Shown one piece after another: positions 18,162 to 27,601 of a stretch of 64,000 bases of DNA (position 1 is its first letter; each line of letters begins with the position of its first letter). Location of the stretch: the NCBI GenBank assembly GCA_903833215.1, contig CAILEM010000125.1, positions 10,743 through 74,742 on the forward strand, written 5' to 3'. The stretch comes from an uncultured Armatimonadetes bacterium. GTDB taxonomy: Bacteria > Armatimonadota > Fimbriimonadia > Fimbriimonadales > Fimbriimonadaceae. A program made the position numbers and the translations under genes. The notes beneath the pieces were generated by a model. It saw only the letters and a list, made by a program, of their open reading frames with translations. It searched no databases and was not told where the DNA came from.

Positions 18162-18569
18162 ATGCCTTCCCTTTCCGAGTCGCAACTCCGCACCCTCGTG
18201 TCTGCCATCGACCGAATCGTGCCTCAAGATGATTTTCCCAGCGCCTCTCAAGCTGGCTGTCTGGATTTCTTGGTGCGCCTTATCGAATTGGAACGCCTTG
18301 GGGCCACTTACGCCAGCGGTCTAGATGGCCTTGAGCATGAGGCTTCTCTGCTCGGACATACCTTCTCCGAACTGAGCCCTCCCCAACAAGACGCTGTATT
18401 AGCGGCATGTGAGGTTAAGGAGTCCGACTCAGCCTGGTTGGTGTCGCCGCAACAGTTCCTACGAATTCTAGCCACGCAGACAATCGAGGGCTATTACAGC
18501 GACCCAGGGAATGGGGGCAATCTCGGTGCCGTCAGTTGGAAAATGATTGGCTTTAAGGTGACTGCGTGA
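18162..18569 (+). CDS. Gluconate 2-dehydrogenase subunit 3 family protein (small partner of a GMC oxidoreductase)
   Basis: 135 aa. Family-like pattern LVSAIDRIVPQDDFPSASQAG..FL and C-terminal EGYYSDPGNGGN..WKMIGF. Overlaps the downstream GMC gene by 4 nt. Confidence 0.7.
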   Translation: MPSLSESQLRTLVSAIDRIVPQDDFPSASQAGCLDFLVRLIELERLGATYASGLDGLEHEASLLGHTFSELSPPQQDAVLAACEVKESDSAWLVSPQQFLRILATQTIEGYYSDPGNGGNLGAVSWKMIGFKVTA

Positions 18570-20143
18570 AGTACGACGCTATCGTTATCGGCTCTGGAGC
18601 CGGTGGAGGAATCGCCGCTTGCGTTCTCGCTGAGGCAGGCAAGACGGTCCTCCTACTAGAGCGTGGTCGTCAACTCAGTCTTGCCGACGTCCCACGCGAC
18701 CATCTCCGAAACCATCGCCTCTCTCAGTACGGCCATGGAACAGGACCCGACTTGGAAGGCAATCCGAGATTGCTGAATGGAAAGGAGTGCAACCCCATTC
18801 AGGATGGTTACAACAACAATGCGAGTTGTGTCGGCGGCGGAACCCTTGTTTACGGCATGCAGGCATGGAGATTTCATCCTCTTGATTTCCGAATGGCCAC
18901 CACTTATGGTGTTCCGGACGGGAGTTCGCTTGCGGACTGGCCCATTAGCTACGATGATTTGGAACCATTCTATGAGAGGGCAGAATGGGAAATTGGCGTA
19001 TCGGGCGGTAAGCCCGCTCCCGAAATGCCTAGTCGACGACCATATCCAATGCCGGGAGTTCCCCAGACGACGAAGGCAAAGCGCCTTGCAGACGGTTGCA
19101 CCAGGCTTGGATGGGCTTTCCAGACGACGCCTTTGCTCATGAATACCGTTCCTCGCCAGGGAAGAGGCGCTTGCAGTCAGTGTCAACACTGCGTGGGTTT
19201 TGCGTGTCCCACCGATGCCAAGAACGGCACGCATAACACAGTCATTCCGCGAGCACTCGCTACAGGACGGTGTGAAATGATCACGGAGGCGATTGTTTCC
19301 ACGATCACGAAGTCACCAGGTGGAAAGGTCTCCGGGGTTAGCTACTATGACCGCGAAGGTGTTCAGCACACGGCAGAAAGCGAAGTGGTTGTTGTGGCCT
19401 GTGGCGCGATTGAGACGGCTCGACTCCTGATCAACTCAGGCATCGGTGGAGACGGGGTGGGGCGGCACCTCCAAGGGCACTACTATGCCATAGCGGGCGG
19501 ATACATGCCTGAACCCATCTGGGATGGAGTAGGACCAGGTGTCTCCATTTCGACCCTCAAATTCAACCACGGCAACGAGGGTGTCATTGGTGGAGGGATG
19601 ATGTCAGATGACTTCATCATGCTTCCAATCAAATTTGAAAAGTCGTTCCGACCGCCGGGTGTTCCTGCATGGGGCCAGGCGCACAAAGACTGGATGAAGA
19701 AATATCCAAGGTTTGTCCAAGTGGGTGGTCCCGTTCATGAGATTCCATCCTCGGAATGTCGGGTCACGGTTTCAAATGAGGTGAGGGACAAATGGGGAAT
19801 TCCCGTGGCGAGTTTGTCGGGAACGACACATCCGGAAACAGTCGCGACGACCCTATTTCTTATTGAGCGGGCAAAGGACTGGCTGGCTGCCTCTGGGGCA
19901 GAGTCGATTCATGCCGGGGTGCCAGGACTCGGGCTGAGTGCTGGCCAACACCAGGCAGGCACATGCCGGATGGGAGAAGACCCGCTGACTTCGGTGGTGG
20001 ATATGAATTGTCGAGTTCATGGCCACGACAATTTGTTCATTGCGGACAGCTCGGTACACGTCACGAACGGTGGGTTCAATCCTGTGCTTACGATAATGGC
20101 GCTTGCCTTTCGTACCTCGGAGGGGATAATTCGCTCTTGGTGA
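18566..20143 (+). CDS. GMC family FAD-dependent oxidoreductase
   Basis: 525 aa. N-terminal FAD motif [13 protein letters not shown], and a C-terminal GMC block [12 protein letters not shown]...[15 protein letters not shown]. Confidence 0.85.
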   Translation: MKYDAIVIGSGAGGGIAACVLAEAGKTVLLLERGRQLSLADVPRDHLRNHRLSQYGHGTGPDLEGNPRLLNGKECNPIQDGYNNNASCVGGGTLVYGMQAWRFHPLDFRMATTYGVPDGSSLADWPISYDDLEPFYERAEWEIGVSGGKPAPEMPSRRPYPMPGVPQTTKAKRLADGCTRLGWAFQTTPLLMNTVPRQGRGACSQCQHCVGFACPTDAKNGTHNTVIPRALATGRCEMITEAIVSTITKSPGGKVSGVSYYDREGVQHTAESEVVVVACGAIETARLLINSGIGGDGVGRHLQGHYYAIAGGYMPEPIWDGVGPGVSISTLKFNHGNEGVIGGGMMSDDFIMLPIKFEKSFRPPGVPAWGQAHKDWMKKYPRFVQVGGPVHEIPSSECRVTVSNEVRDKWGIPVASLSGTTHPETVATTLFLIERAKDWLAASGAESIHAGVPGLGLSAGQHQAGTCRMGEDPLTSVVDMNCRVHGHDNLFIADSSVHVTNGGFNPVLTIMALAFRTSEGIIRSW

Positions 20144-20172
20144 TTCCACGTTGTGGTGTTATCATCGTGCGT

Positions 20173-20976
20173 ATGCGCAAGCCCAGTACTGGCTTTACCC
20201 TCATCGAATTGCTGGTTGTGATTGCGATAATCGCAATCTTGGCCGCGATCCTTTTTCCGGTTTTCGCACAGGCGAAAAACGCAGCTAAGGGTGCGGCTTG
20301 CATTAGCAACATGCATCAACTCGGGATTGCGTCCCAGCTATATATTGCCGATGGGGATGACATCTGGTACCCCATCGCGAAATATTCGCCCCTAGACGGA
20401 TTTGCCCCACAACAGATGTGGATTGGCTTTGACAATAACAACGGGCCACTCTCGGGTGGTTATTACGGCACGCCGATTCAGCCCGCTGTAAATCCGATTC
20501 GTCCCGGCATGATTGATCCGTACCTCAAGAGCGACGCGGTAAAGCGATGTCCGAACCAGCCGAGTAAGTGGCAGTTGGCGATAGCGATGAACGGCTTCAA
20601 TCCATCAATGCCATCGGCGTACTACACCACAAATCCGGGAGCAAGTGGAAATGAATTCGGACCCGCAGCGGCAACACAGACGTACATCAACGGCGTTGCT
20701 GACTACACCGGCGCGAGCGACTCTCAGATTCAAGAGGCCTCAAATACGATCCTGGCTTGGGAGCACGAATCGTACGCACCCCTTTGTAATTTCATCATGC
20801 CCTATGATTGGTTTAACAACCCACCCAACAATCCGTTGCTCGTAAATCACTTCAACTTCTTGCACACCAGCGGAACGAATACGATTTGGTGCGACGGCCA
20901 CGCGAAGCGGCTTGTTTATGGGCAATTGAAGCGGCCGATGTTCTCGGTTCGAAAGGATATCTATCCAACGAACTGA
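20173..20976 (+). CDS. Prepilin-type N-terminal cleavage/methylation domain protein (type IV pilin-like, DUF1559-like)
   Basis: Track ORF 19963..20976 overlaps the GMC gene. The in-frame ATG at 20173 gives MRKPSTG|[29 protein letters not shown]-terminal WCDGHAKRL motif. Confidence 0.85.
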   Translation: MRKPSTGFTLIELLVVIAIIAILAAILFPVFAQAKNAAKGAACISNMHQLGIASQLYIADGDDIWYPIAKYSPLDGFAPQQMWIGFDNNNGPLSGGYYGTPIQPAVNPIRPGMIDPYLKSDAVKRCPNQPSKWQLAIAMNGFNPSMPSAYYTTNPGASGNEFGPAAATQTYINGVADYTGASDSQIQEASNTILAWEHESYAPLCNFIMPYDWFNNPPNNPLLVNHFNFLHTSGTNTIWCDGHAKRLVYGQLKRPMFSVRKDIYPTN

Positions 20977-20997
20977 GAACATCGAACTTCGAGCGAA

Positions 20998-23019
20998 CTA
21001 CGCCTCGATGTAGTTCTCTGAGATCCCCATCTCTTCCGGCGCGTGCAATCGAATCATCTTCATCGTTGCGTCGGCCGGGATCGACTTAGCGGTGAGTTTT
21101 GAAACCACCACCATTGAGATGATCGAGAGCGGAACTCCCCAGATGGCAGGTTGCTCCATCAGTGCTCGGACGATATTGGGTAGCTCGAGGACGATCACCT
21201 TTTTATCGAGGAGCATGTTGGTGACGATGGCAGCCAACGACAGCAACCCGCCCAACAGCATCCCAGTGGCAGCGCCATATTTTGTGAGTCCACGCCACCA
21301 CGAGCCGAGCAGCAGAAGGGGGAAATACGACGCGGCGCCGATAGCAAACGCCCAGCCAACCATCGTTGCGATGTCGAATGTTTCGACCATGAGGCCAAGA
21401 AGCATTGAGACTACGCCAACACCGACGGCGGCAACCTTAAACGCCACCATTCTCGCTTCTGGAGATGATTTCGGCTTGAGGATTCTTCCGTAGATGTCAT
21501 GTGCGAAGGCTCCCGACATTGATACGAGCAATCCAGAGAAAGTGGACATGAACGCGGCAAACGCACCCGCGCTGGTGACACCGCTTAGGATCTGGCCCAG
21601 GAGTTTGTTTTCGAGGAAAGTCGGCAGTTTGATTACGGCGCTATCGTAGGCGCCGTTCACGTAAAGCTGCGGCATCATCGAACGACCGAGCACACCCCAC
21701 ATAGGAGTGAAGAGGTAGAAACCGCCGAGCATGACCATAACCCACAGAGTTGTGCGTTTCGCCGCCCGCCCGTCTGGGTTGGTGTAGAACCGAACCAAGA
21801 TGTGCGGAAGTCCTGCCGTCCCACAGACCAGGGCAATGATGAGTGAGTAGGTGTAGAGAAGTGGGAATCCCCACTTTCCGCTCAGGGGGCCAAATGGATT
21901 GAGCCACTTCGTATTCGAAGGTGCGTTCGGAACGATCGCGCCAGCATTGGCCGTGGACGTCTGGTGCGCGGCGGCGAAGGTGACAGAACCTCCCTTCTCG
22001 AATTCGATCTTTGCACCGGTCCGGACTGGCTTTCCGTCCTTGAGGACCGGCTGCCCACCTTTGCTCACCGGTACCGTCGCGAACTCAAGATCGGCACCAT
22101 TTACGATGTCGAATGGTTTGCCGGAAGCAATCTGAGTGCGCAGATCATCCATCGCGGCATTCTTGGCGACAGGGAAGGCAAATGTGCCAGCCGAAATCGG
22201 ATCCTCGCCCTTTTCAGGCTTTCGCGCCGGTGAGATCTTGGCAATCCGATACTTGCCATCGTGCTCGAAGTGAATGATGGTGCCTTCTGCCGCTGAGAGC
22301 GAAATGGTGTTGAGAGGCGCCTTTTCAGCACCGTTGACGGTCGCTTTCAGCCCGATCTCGAGTCGTGGACTCGCCTTAAGCGCTGCCGCGGTCTCGCCGA
22401 GGTGAGAGTTGTATCCACCGAAAACCGACATCAGCACAAACAGCGGCAGTGAGATCGCAAACACTTTTGCCCAATACTGAAAGGCTTGCACGAGAGTGAT
22501 GCCCTTCATTCCGCCGATGGCGACGTTGAATGTGATGACGGTGCCAACCACCAAGATGCCTGCCCAGTAGGGCCAACCGAGGATCGTGCCCATTGTTAGG
22601 CCAGCCGCCTTCATCTGGGGCATGGTGTAGAAAAAGCCGATGAAGAGGACGAACACGACAGCAATCTTTCGGAACATCGGGCTGTCGAAGCGTCCCTGGG
22701 CAAAGTCAGGAATCGTGTAGGCACCAAACCGGCGGAGAGGTCCCGCGATGAACAGAAGCAGGAATAAGTAGCCTGCCGCGTAGCCGACTGGATACCAAAG
22801 TGCGTCGTAGCCATTCTTCATGACCAAGCCAGCGATTCCCATAAAGGACGCGGCTGAGAGGTACTCGCCAGAAATCGCTGAGGCATTCATGAGAACGCCA
22901 ACGCTTCGTCCGGCTACGAAGAAGTCCGAAGCTGTCTTCGCCTTTCGAGTGGCGAAAATCCCAAGCCCGATGGTGGCGACGATAATGAGGAGGACCAGCG
23001 CGAATGGAATAAACGTCAT
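20998..23019 (-). CDS. Sodium:solute symporter family transporter, cation/acetate symporter (ActP)-like, with a large inserted loop domain
   Basis: 673 aa. SSS/ActP motifs FFVAGRSVGVLMNASAISGEYLSAASFMGIAG and GTAGLPHILVRFYT. A hydrophilic ~175-aa stretch (aa ~205-380) sits between them. Confidence 0.85.
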   Translation of the reverse strand: MTFIPFALVLLIIVATIGLGIFATRKAKTASDFFVAGRSVGVLMNASAISGEYLSAASFMGIAGLVMKNGYDALWYPVGYAAGYLFLLLFIAGPLRRFGAYTIPDFAQGRFDSPMFRKIAVVFVLFIGFFYTMPQMKAAGLTMGTILGWPYWAGILVVGTVITFNVAIGGMKGITLVQAFQYWAKVFAISLPLFVLMSVFGGYNSHLGETAAALKASPRLEIGLKATVNGAEKAPLNTISLSAAEGTIIHFEHDGKYRIAKISPARKPEKGEDPISAGTFAFPVAKNAAMDDLRTQIASGKPFDIVNGADLEFATVPVSKGGQPVLKDGKPVRTGAKIEFEKGGSVTFAAAHQTSTANAGAIVPNAPSNTKWLNPFGPLSGKWGFPLLYTYSLIIALVCGTAGLPHILVRFYTNPDGRAAKRTTLWVMVMLGGFYLFTPMWGVLGRSMMPQLYVNGAYDSAVIKLPTFLENKLLGQILSGVTSAGAFAAFMSTFSGLLVSMSGAFAHDIYGRILKPKSSPEARMVAFKVAAVGVGVVSMLLGLMVETFDIATMVGWAFAIGAASYFPLLLLGSWWRGLTKYGAATGMLLGGLLSLAAIVTNMLLDKKVIVLELPNIVRALMEQPAIWGVPLSIISMVVVSKLTAKSIPADATMKMIRLHAPEEMGISENYIEA

Positions 23020-23342
23020 TTCGTGCCTTCCTTAGATATCTTCGATTCCAAATCGTTGCTGCGCTTCACGAAGAATGCGGATAGCAACCATGTGATCGGG
23101 TAGAAGAGCACTCCCAACATGAGCCATGTGAGTGTGAAACCCATCACTGGGGTTGCGGCCAAGGCCGGAGTAAAGAGATTGAACAGGGGGAGGACGATGA
23201 GAAGTGCAATGAAAACTGCGGCTACGTACAGGCTCAGGTGAGCTTGCCGCCACATGACTCGATGCATGAGTTTTTCCGCTTCTTCGGGCGTAAGTTTCTT
23301 GTCGACTGCTGCGTCGTCTTGCATGGCGCTATCAATTCGCAC
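23016..23342 (-). CDS. DUF485/YjcH-like small membrane protein (usual partner of ActP-type symporters)
   Basis: 108 aa with two TM helices. Overlaps the symporter start by 4 nt, which matches the canonical yjcH-actP arrangement. Confidence 0.7.
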   Translation of the reverse strand: MRIDSAMQDDAAVDKKLTPEEAEKLMHRVMWRQAHLSLYVAAVFIALLIVLPLFNLFTPALAATPVMGFTLTWLMLGVLFYPITWLLSAFFVKRSNDLESKISKEGTK

Positions 23343-23411
23343 CGACGGACGCGGATTCCTGCTTGCAATCTCACGAAGGGCTGTATTCCCAAAAAGCTAG
23401 AATAGAGTGTT

Positions 23412-24797
23412 ATGCCTTCGACCCTGTTTGACAAAGTTTGGGATGAGCACAAGGTTTCGGACCTTCCCGGTGGCGGCGCGCTGCTCTATATCGACCGGCA
23501 CCTCGTTCATGAGGTCACCTCTCCACAGGCTTTTGACGGACTTCGGGAAGCAGGAAGACCGGTTCGACGTCCCGACCTGACATTCGCGACCGCCGATCAT
23601 AACGTCCCGACTGACGGGCGTGAGATTGATGAATCTTCGCTGAGCGGAAAACAGCTATCTGCACTTTCGAAGAACTGTGCGGAGTTTGATGTTCCTTTGT
23701 TTCCGTACGGTGCCGAAAAGCAAGGCATCGTGCACGTCATTGGCCCGCAGCTTGGCATCACTCTGCCTGGGTTGACTATTGTGTGTGGAGACAGCCACAC
23801 ATCGACTCATGGAGCATTCGGGGCTTTGGCGTTTGGTATTGGTACCTCAGAAGTGGAGCACGTCCTTGCAACGCAAACGTTGCGAACAAGCGGAAAACCG
23901 AAGTCGCTCGGAATCCGTATCGATGGTGAATTTGGTGCTTGCGTTACTTCGAAGGACATCATCCTGGCCATCATTCGCAAGCTTGGCGCTGGCGGTGGCG
24001 TGGGGCATGTCGTCGAGTATTTCGGCTCTGCCATTTCGAAACTGGGCATGAGCGGAAGATTGACGATCTGCAATATGTCGATTGAAATGGGCGCCCGCGC
24101 GGGAATGATCGCGCCCGATGACATCACATTGGAATACATCAGCGCTGAGGATCGTCCGTTTGCGCCAAAGGGCCAAGCATTTGACCTGCTAGCCGATCGG
24201 TGCAAGAGTCTTCAGACAGATGACTTCAGTGCCTTTGATCGGTTGGAGTCACTGGATATTGATACGCTCAAGCCACAAATCACGTGGGGAACGACTCCGG
24301 CGATGACAGTCGATATCGATCAAGAAATTCCCGAACCCAAGGACGCAGGCGAGAAGCGAGCCCAGACATATATGGGTGTGAAGCCGGGTATGTCGATGCA
24401 AGAACTCACCGTGAACACCGTATTTATCGGCTCGTGTACGAATTCAAGGATCGAAGACCTTCGCGATGCGGCTCAATTGGTGAAAGGGCGGCATGCTGCT
24501 TCGGGAGTTCGAGCGATGGTGGTCCCAGGTAGCGATGAAGTCAAGCGACTTGCCGAAAAGGAGGGGCTGCGTGAAATCTTCCAGGAAGCTGGGTTTGAGT
24601 GGCATCGCGCAGGCTGCTCTATGTGCCTGGGCATGAATGGTGATATCCTACGTCCCATGGAGCGAAGCGCATCTACCTCAAATCGTCCCTACGAGGGGCG
24701 TCAGGGGCCCGGCTCCCGCACCCACCTCGTTTCTCCGCTCACGGCAGCGGCAACCGCCCTGAAAGGCAAATTTGCGGACCCCCGCGACTATATGTGA
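23412..24797 (+). CDS. leuC: 3-isopropylmalate dehydratase large subunit
   Basis: 461 aa. The N-terminus [53 protein letters not shown] closely parallels E. coli LeuC. Fe-S cysteines lie in [11 protein letters not shown] and the CSMCLGMN context. Confidence 0.9.
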   Translation: MPSTLFDKVWDEHKVSDLPGGGALLYIDRHLVHEVTSPQAFDGLREAGRPVRRPDLTFATADHNVPTDGREIDESSLSGKQLSALSKNCAEFDVPLFPYGAEKQGIVHVIGPQLGITLPGLTIVCGDSHTSTHGAFGALAFGIGTSEVEHVLATQTLRTSGKPKSLGIRIDGEFGACVTSKDIILAIIRKLGAGGGVGHVVEYFGSAISKLGMSGRLTICNMSIEMGARAGMIAPDDITLEYISAEDRPFAPKGQAFDLLADRCKSLQTDDFSAFDRLESLDIDTLKPQITWGTTPAMTVDIDQEIPEPKDAGEKRAQTYMGVKPGMSMQELTVNTVFIGSCTNSRIEDLRDAAQLVKGRHAASGVRAMVVPGSDEVKRLAEKEGLREIFQEAGFEWHRAGCSMCLGMNGDILRPMERSASTSNRPYEGRQGPGSRTHLVSPLTAAATALKGKFADPRDYM

Positions 24798-25252
24798 TGA
24801 ACCGATTCCTGCTGACTCTGATATTGGGATGCTTGTGTCTGGGTGGGTTCGCTCAGACACAGACTGGCGTGGCGAAGCCATCGAAGCCAGCTGAAGAGCC
24901 AGGAATGATGAGTTGGGTTCAGGATGCCTGGAAGACAGTGCAAACACAAGGGAAGCCAGCCGCCGAGCGAATTGTGCGGCAGTTTCCTAAGCGATTCAAG
25001 ACAGTCAAGCAGCAAGTTGCGGACCTCTCCAAAACCGTTCACGACAGAATCGCGGCGATGGATCTTGAGCAGAAGAAGAATTTAGCTGTTGAACTTTGGA
25101 AGGTTCGCAAGAGTCTCGATCTGATGACTCTGCTTCAACCGGAAGTGCTGCAGTCACTGACTGGCTTGGATCCGAACGATCTTTCGTCCCTGGAGCGACA
25201 AGCGCAAAGACTCACAGCGCTTGTGCAGGCTCAGATATCGGTTCGCAAATAG
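24794..25252 (+). CDS. Hypothetical secreted helical protein
   Basis: 152 aa. Signal peptide [20 protein letters not shown]. The rest is charged and helical; no motif recognised. Overlaps the leuC stop by 4 nt. Confidence 0.5.
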   Translation: MMNRFLLTLILGCLCLGGFAQTQTGVAKPSKPAEEPGMMSWVQDAWKTVQTQGKPAAERIVRQFPKRFKTVKQQVADLSKTVHDRIAAMDLEQKKNLAVELWKVRKSLDLMTLLQPEVLQSLTGLDPNDLSSLERQAQRLTALVQAQISVRK

Positions 25253-25378
25253 TTTTCGCATCACCGCAAAGGAGCAGGGAAAACGACTTGTGAGAACTCC
25301 AAGGCTCATGGACACAGTGACCAGAGCCATTTGACCGGGTACACTATCTCGTTCAAACTTCTTTGAATAGGACCAGCT

Positions 25379-25513
25379 ATGAAGCGCACATTCCAACCCA
25401 ATAATAGAAAACGCAGCAAGACGCACGGATTCCGCGTCCGCATGCGCACCACCGATGGCCAGAACGTTCTGAAGCGACGCCGTAATCGAGGACGAGCTCG
25501 AATTTCCGCATAA
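25379..25513 (+). CDS. rpmH: 50S ribosomal protein L34
   Basis: 44 codons, below the ORF-track size cutoff. Translated by hand: [44 protein letters not shown], a canonical L34 sequence. Confidence 0.95.
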   Translation: MKRTFQPNNRKRSKTHGFRVRMRTTDGQNVLKRRRNRGRARISA

Positions 25514-25514
25514 C

Positions 25515-25856
25515 ATCCATACGAAAGGACCCAACAAAAAACGCTTCGAAACGATCTTCAGCCTTGGTAAAAGGCTGAAGGGAGACCTGGCTAGAATCAT
25601 TGCGTATCCTGGAACAGGTCTGGTAGGCATTGCCGTATCGAAGAAAATCGGTACGAAGCCTCGAAGAAATCAGCTAAAACGGAGGTTCCGGGCGGCCATA
25701 GAGTCGACCCCGAATTTACTGGACACACGGCTTGATTTCGTTGTCGTGATCAATGCCGAGGCCTCCGAAGCAACGTTCGAAAGCATCAGGGCTGAAGTTC
25801 GGACGATTTTCCAAAAGGTCATTCAACGATGGGCCGAAGAATTGGAGTCTTCCTGA
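25515..25856 (+). CDS. rnpA: Ribonuclease P protein component (start codon unresolved)
   Basis: The frame is open from 25473 to the TGA at 25854..25856. It reads ..[51 protein letters not shown].., which contains the RNase P protein RNR motif. There is no ATG, GTG or TTG upstream of the conserved core. 25515 (ATC) is a placeholder start. Confidence 0.75.
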   Translation: MHTKGPNKKRFETIFSLGKRLKGDLARIIAYPGTGLVGIAVSKKIGTKPRRNQLKRRFRAAIESTPNLLDTRLDFVVVINAEASEATFESIRAEVRTIFQKVIQRWAEELESS

Positions 25857-26038
25857 TTCGCAGCTACCAAAGGGGCTTCGCTTGGATGCCCCCAACATGC
25901 CGATTTACGCCCAGTTGCAGCCAATACACCTTGGAGGCTGTGCAACGGTATGGCCTGTTGAAGGGTAGTTGGATGGGGATGAAGCGTATCGGACGATGTC
26001 ACCCATTTCATCCTGGGGGATACGATCCGGTTCCTTAG
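25829..26038 (+). CDS. yidD: Membrane protein insertion efficiency factor YidD
   Basis: 69 aa. Motif [52 protein letters not shown]. Overlaps the rnpA 3' end. Confidence 0.9.
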   Translation: MGRRIGVFLIRSYQRGFAWMPPTCRFTPSCSQYTLEAVQRYGLLKGSWMGMKRIGRCHPFHPGGYDPVP

Positions 26039-26091
26039 AACCAATGCCCTTAGCCAGAAAGATTTAGCGAAACAGCCTTGCACGACCTCGA

Positions 26092-27567
26092 ATGAGCAAA
26101 CCTACCCCTAAGCAAAATTTCCTTCAGACGGCCCTGATCATGATCACCATTTTTATGGGGGTCCAGCTGTTTTTCGGTCAGAAGAATGAACCGAAGGACA
26201 ACCGGACCATTGATCAGGTACATCAGCAGTTGGTCACCGAAAACCAAAAGCTTCTCGATTCATCGATCGTGAAGACTTCGGCCGAATACACCAAGCGGCT
26301 CGATGAAATGGTTACGAAGAAGCTGATTACGGCGGACGACGCTGAGGCCAAAAAAATCGAGGCGACGATCCTTGTAGCGGATGTTCAGTTCAAGGCCGGT
26401 TTGTATCACGACGATACGGGGCGATTAAGAAACGCCTACCAGGTGTTGCTGCCATTTCAGAAGAAGCTTTTGGATAAGCCAAGCTGGAACAAGTCGTATC
26501 CGGTGCCAACTTCCACCGCGAATTCTCCAGCGGCACCCAATGGAGTCGTCTTACCCACAAGCATCTACAAGTTTGGTTGGAATTCCTGGTCAGGGCAGCA
26601 ACTGTATGCAGAGATCGTCAAGGATCTAAGCGCTCGCAATAAAAGCGAGTTCGTCTACGGTTTGATCCCCGGCTACACCATGATGGACCTGCTCGTCCAT
26701 ATGACCGGTGCCAACGCGGGCTTCAGTTACGCATTTGCGGCCTTTCTCTTGGCGTTGATCGTTAGGGCAATCGTGTTCCCACTGTCTCAGAAGCAGTTGA
26801 TGTTCTCTCGCCAGATGTCGCAGCTTGTGCCGCTGACGAACGAAATCAAAGCGAAGTACAAGAACGATCAGCAGCAACAGCAGGCGAAGGTGATGGAGTT
26901 GTACCGTGAATACGGCATCAACCCACTCGCGGGTTGTTTCCCTGCCTTGATTCAGATGCCGCTATTCCTTACGGTTTACCAGTGCATGCTGAAATATCAG
27001 TTTGCGTTCCAGAACGGAACTTTCCTGTGGATCAACCCGACCACCAGCAAGGCGACCAATGGATTCGTTGGCCCGAACTTGGGACAGCAAGATTACATTC
27101 TGATCTTGGTCTACGGAATCACGATGGTCATCGCGACCCTCCTGACGCCGGTGAGTGATCCTTCCCAAGCCAAGCAGCAGCGCCTAATGGGTGCCGGCAT
27201 CAGCGTCATCTTCACCTTCTTTATGTTCACTGGAGCATTTCCCGTCGTTTCGGGATTTGTTCTTTACTGGACATTTACGAATATTCTCGCTACTGCCCAG
27301 TCGCTTCGGGCTTATCGAATGCCGTTACCTGCGCTCGTGAAAGTAAATGCGAGCGGCGGTGGTGTTCTTCCCAAGCCGACGACCAAATGGCAGCAGATGA
27401 TGGACAAGATGGTTGAAGAGCAGCGCAAAGCGGCTGACAAGCGCGGTGATAACTCGCCTGATGATAAATCCAGCAAAAACAATATTCCACGGCCATCGCC
27501 AGACGATTTGAAGGAAAACCAGAAAACTGGGACCCCTGCGAAGCATAAACCTAAGAAGCGGAAGTAA
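26092..27567 (+). CDS. yidC: Membrane protein insertase YidC
   Basis: 491 aa. Conserved 60-kDa IMP core: LALIVRAIVFPLSQKQLMFSRQMSQLVPLTNEIKAKYKNDQQQQQAKVMELYREYGINPLAGCFPALIQMPLFLTVYQ. Basic C-terminal tail. Confidence 0.9.
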   Translation: MSKPTPKQNFLQTALIMITIFMGVQLFFGQKNEPKDNRTIDQVHQQLVTENQKLLDSSIVKTSAEYTKRLDEMVTKKLITADDAEAKKIEATILVADVQFKAGLYHDDTGRLRNAYQVLLPFQKKLLDKPSWNKSYPVPTSTANSPAAPNGVVLPTSIYKFGWNSWSGQQLYAEIVKDLSARNKSEFVYGLIPGYTMMDLLVHMTGANAGFSYAFAAFLLALIVRAIVFPLSQKQLMFSRQMSQLVPLTNEIKAKYKNDQQQQQAKVMELYREYGINPLAGCFPALIQMPLFLTVYQCMLKYQFAFQNGTFLWINPTTSKATNGFVGPNLGQQDYILILVYGITMVIATLLTPVSDPSQAKQQRLMGAGISVIFTFFMFTGAFPVVSGFVLYWTFTNILATAQSLRAYRMPLPALVKVNASGGGVLPKPTTKWQQMMDKMVEEQRKAADKRGDNSPDDKSSKNNIPRPSPDDLKENQKTGTPAKHKPKKRK

Positions 27568-27601
27568 CCCGTCGTATTTTCATCGGAGTGAATGAAGTAA
27601 A

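Noticed and set aside
17982-18251. 89-aa minus-strand ORF
   Set aside because: It lies directly over the tRNA-Lys gene (18042..18117) and the start of the gluconate-DH subunit-3 gene. It is Arg/Leu-rich, a shadow-frame composition.
18656-19234. 192-aa minus-strand ORF
   Set aside because: It lies entirely inside the GMC oxidoreductase gene on the opposite strand and has no recognisable domain.
19963-20172. N-terminal 70-aa extension of the second pilin-like ORF
   Set aside because: It overlaps the 3' end of the GMC gene in a different frame. The prepilin leader begins at the internal Met at 20173.
25253-25378. oriC / DnaA-box cluster upstream of rpmH
   Set aside because: I saw no TTATCCACA-like 9-mers or AT-rich unwinding element by eye. 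dnaA is not present in the window.
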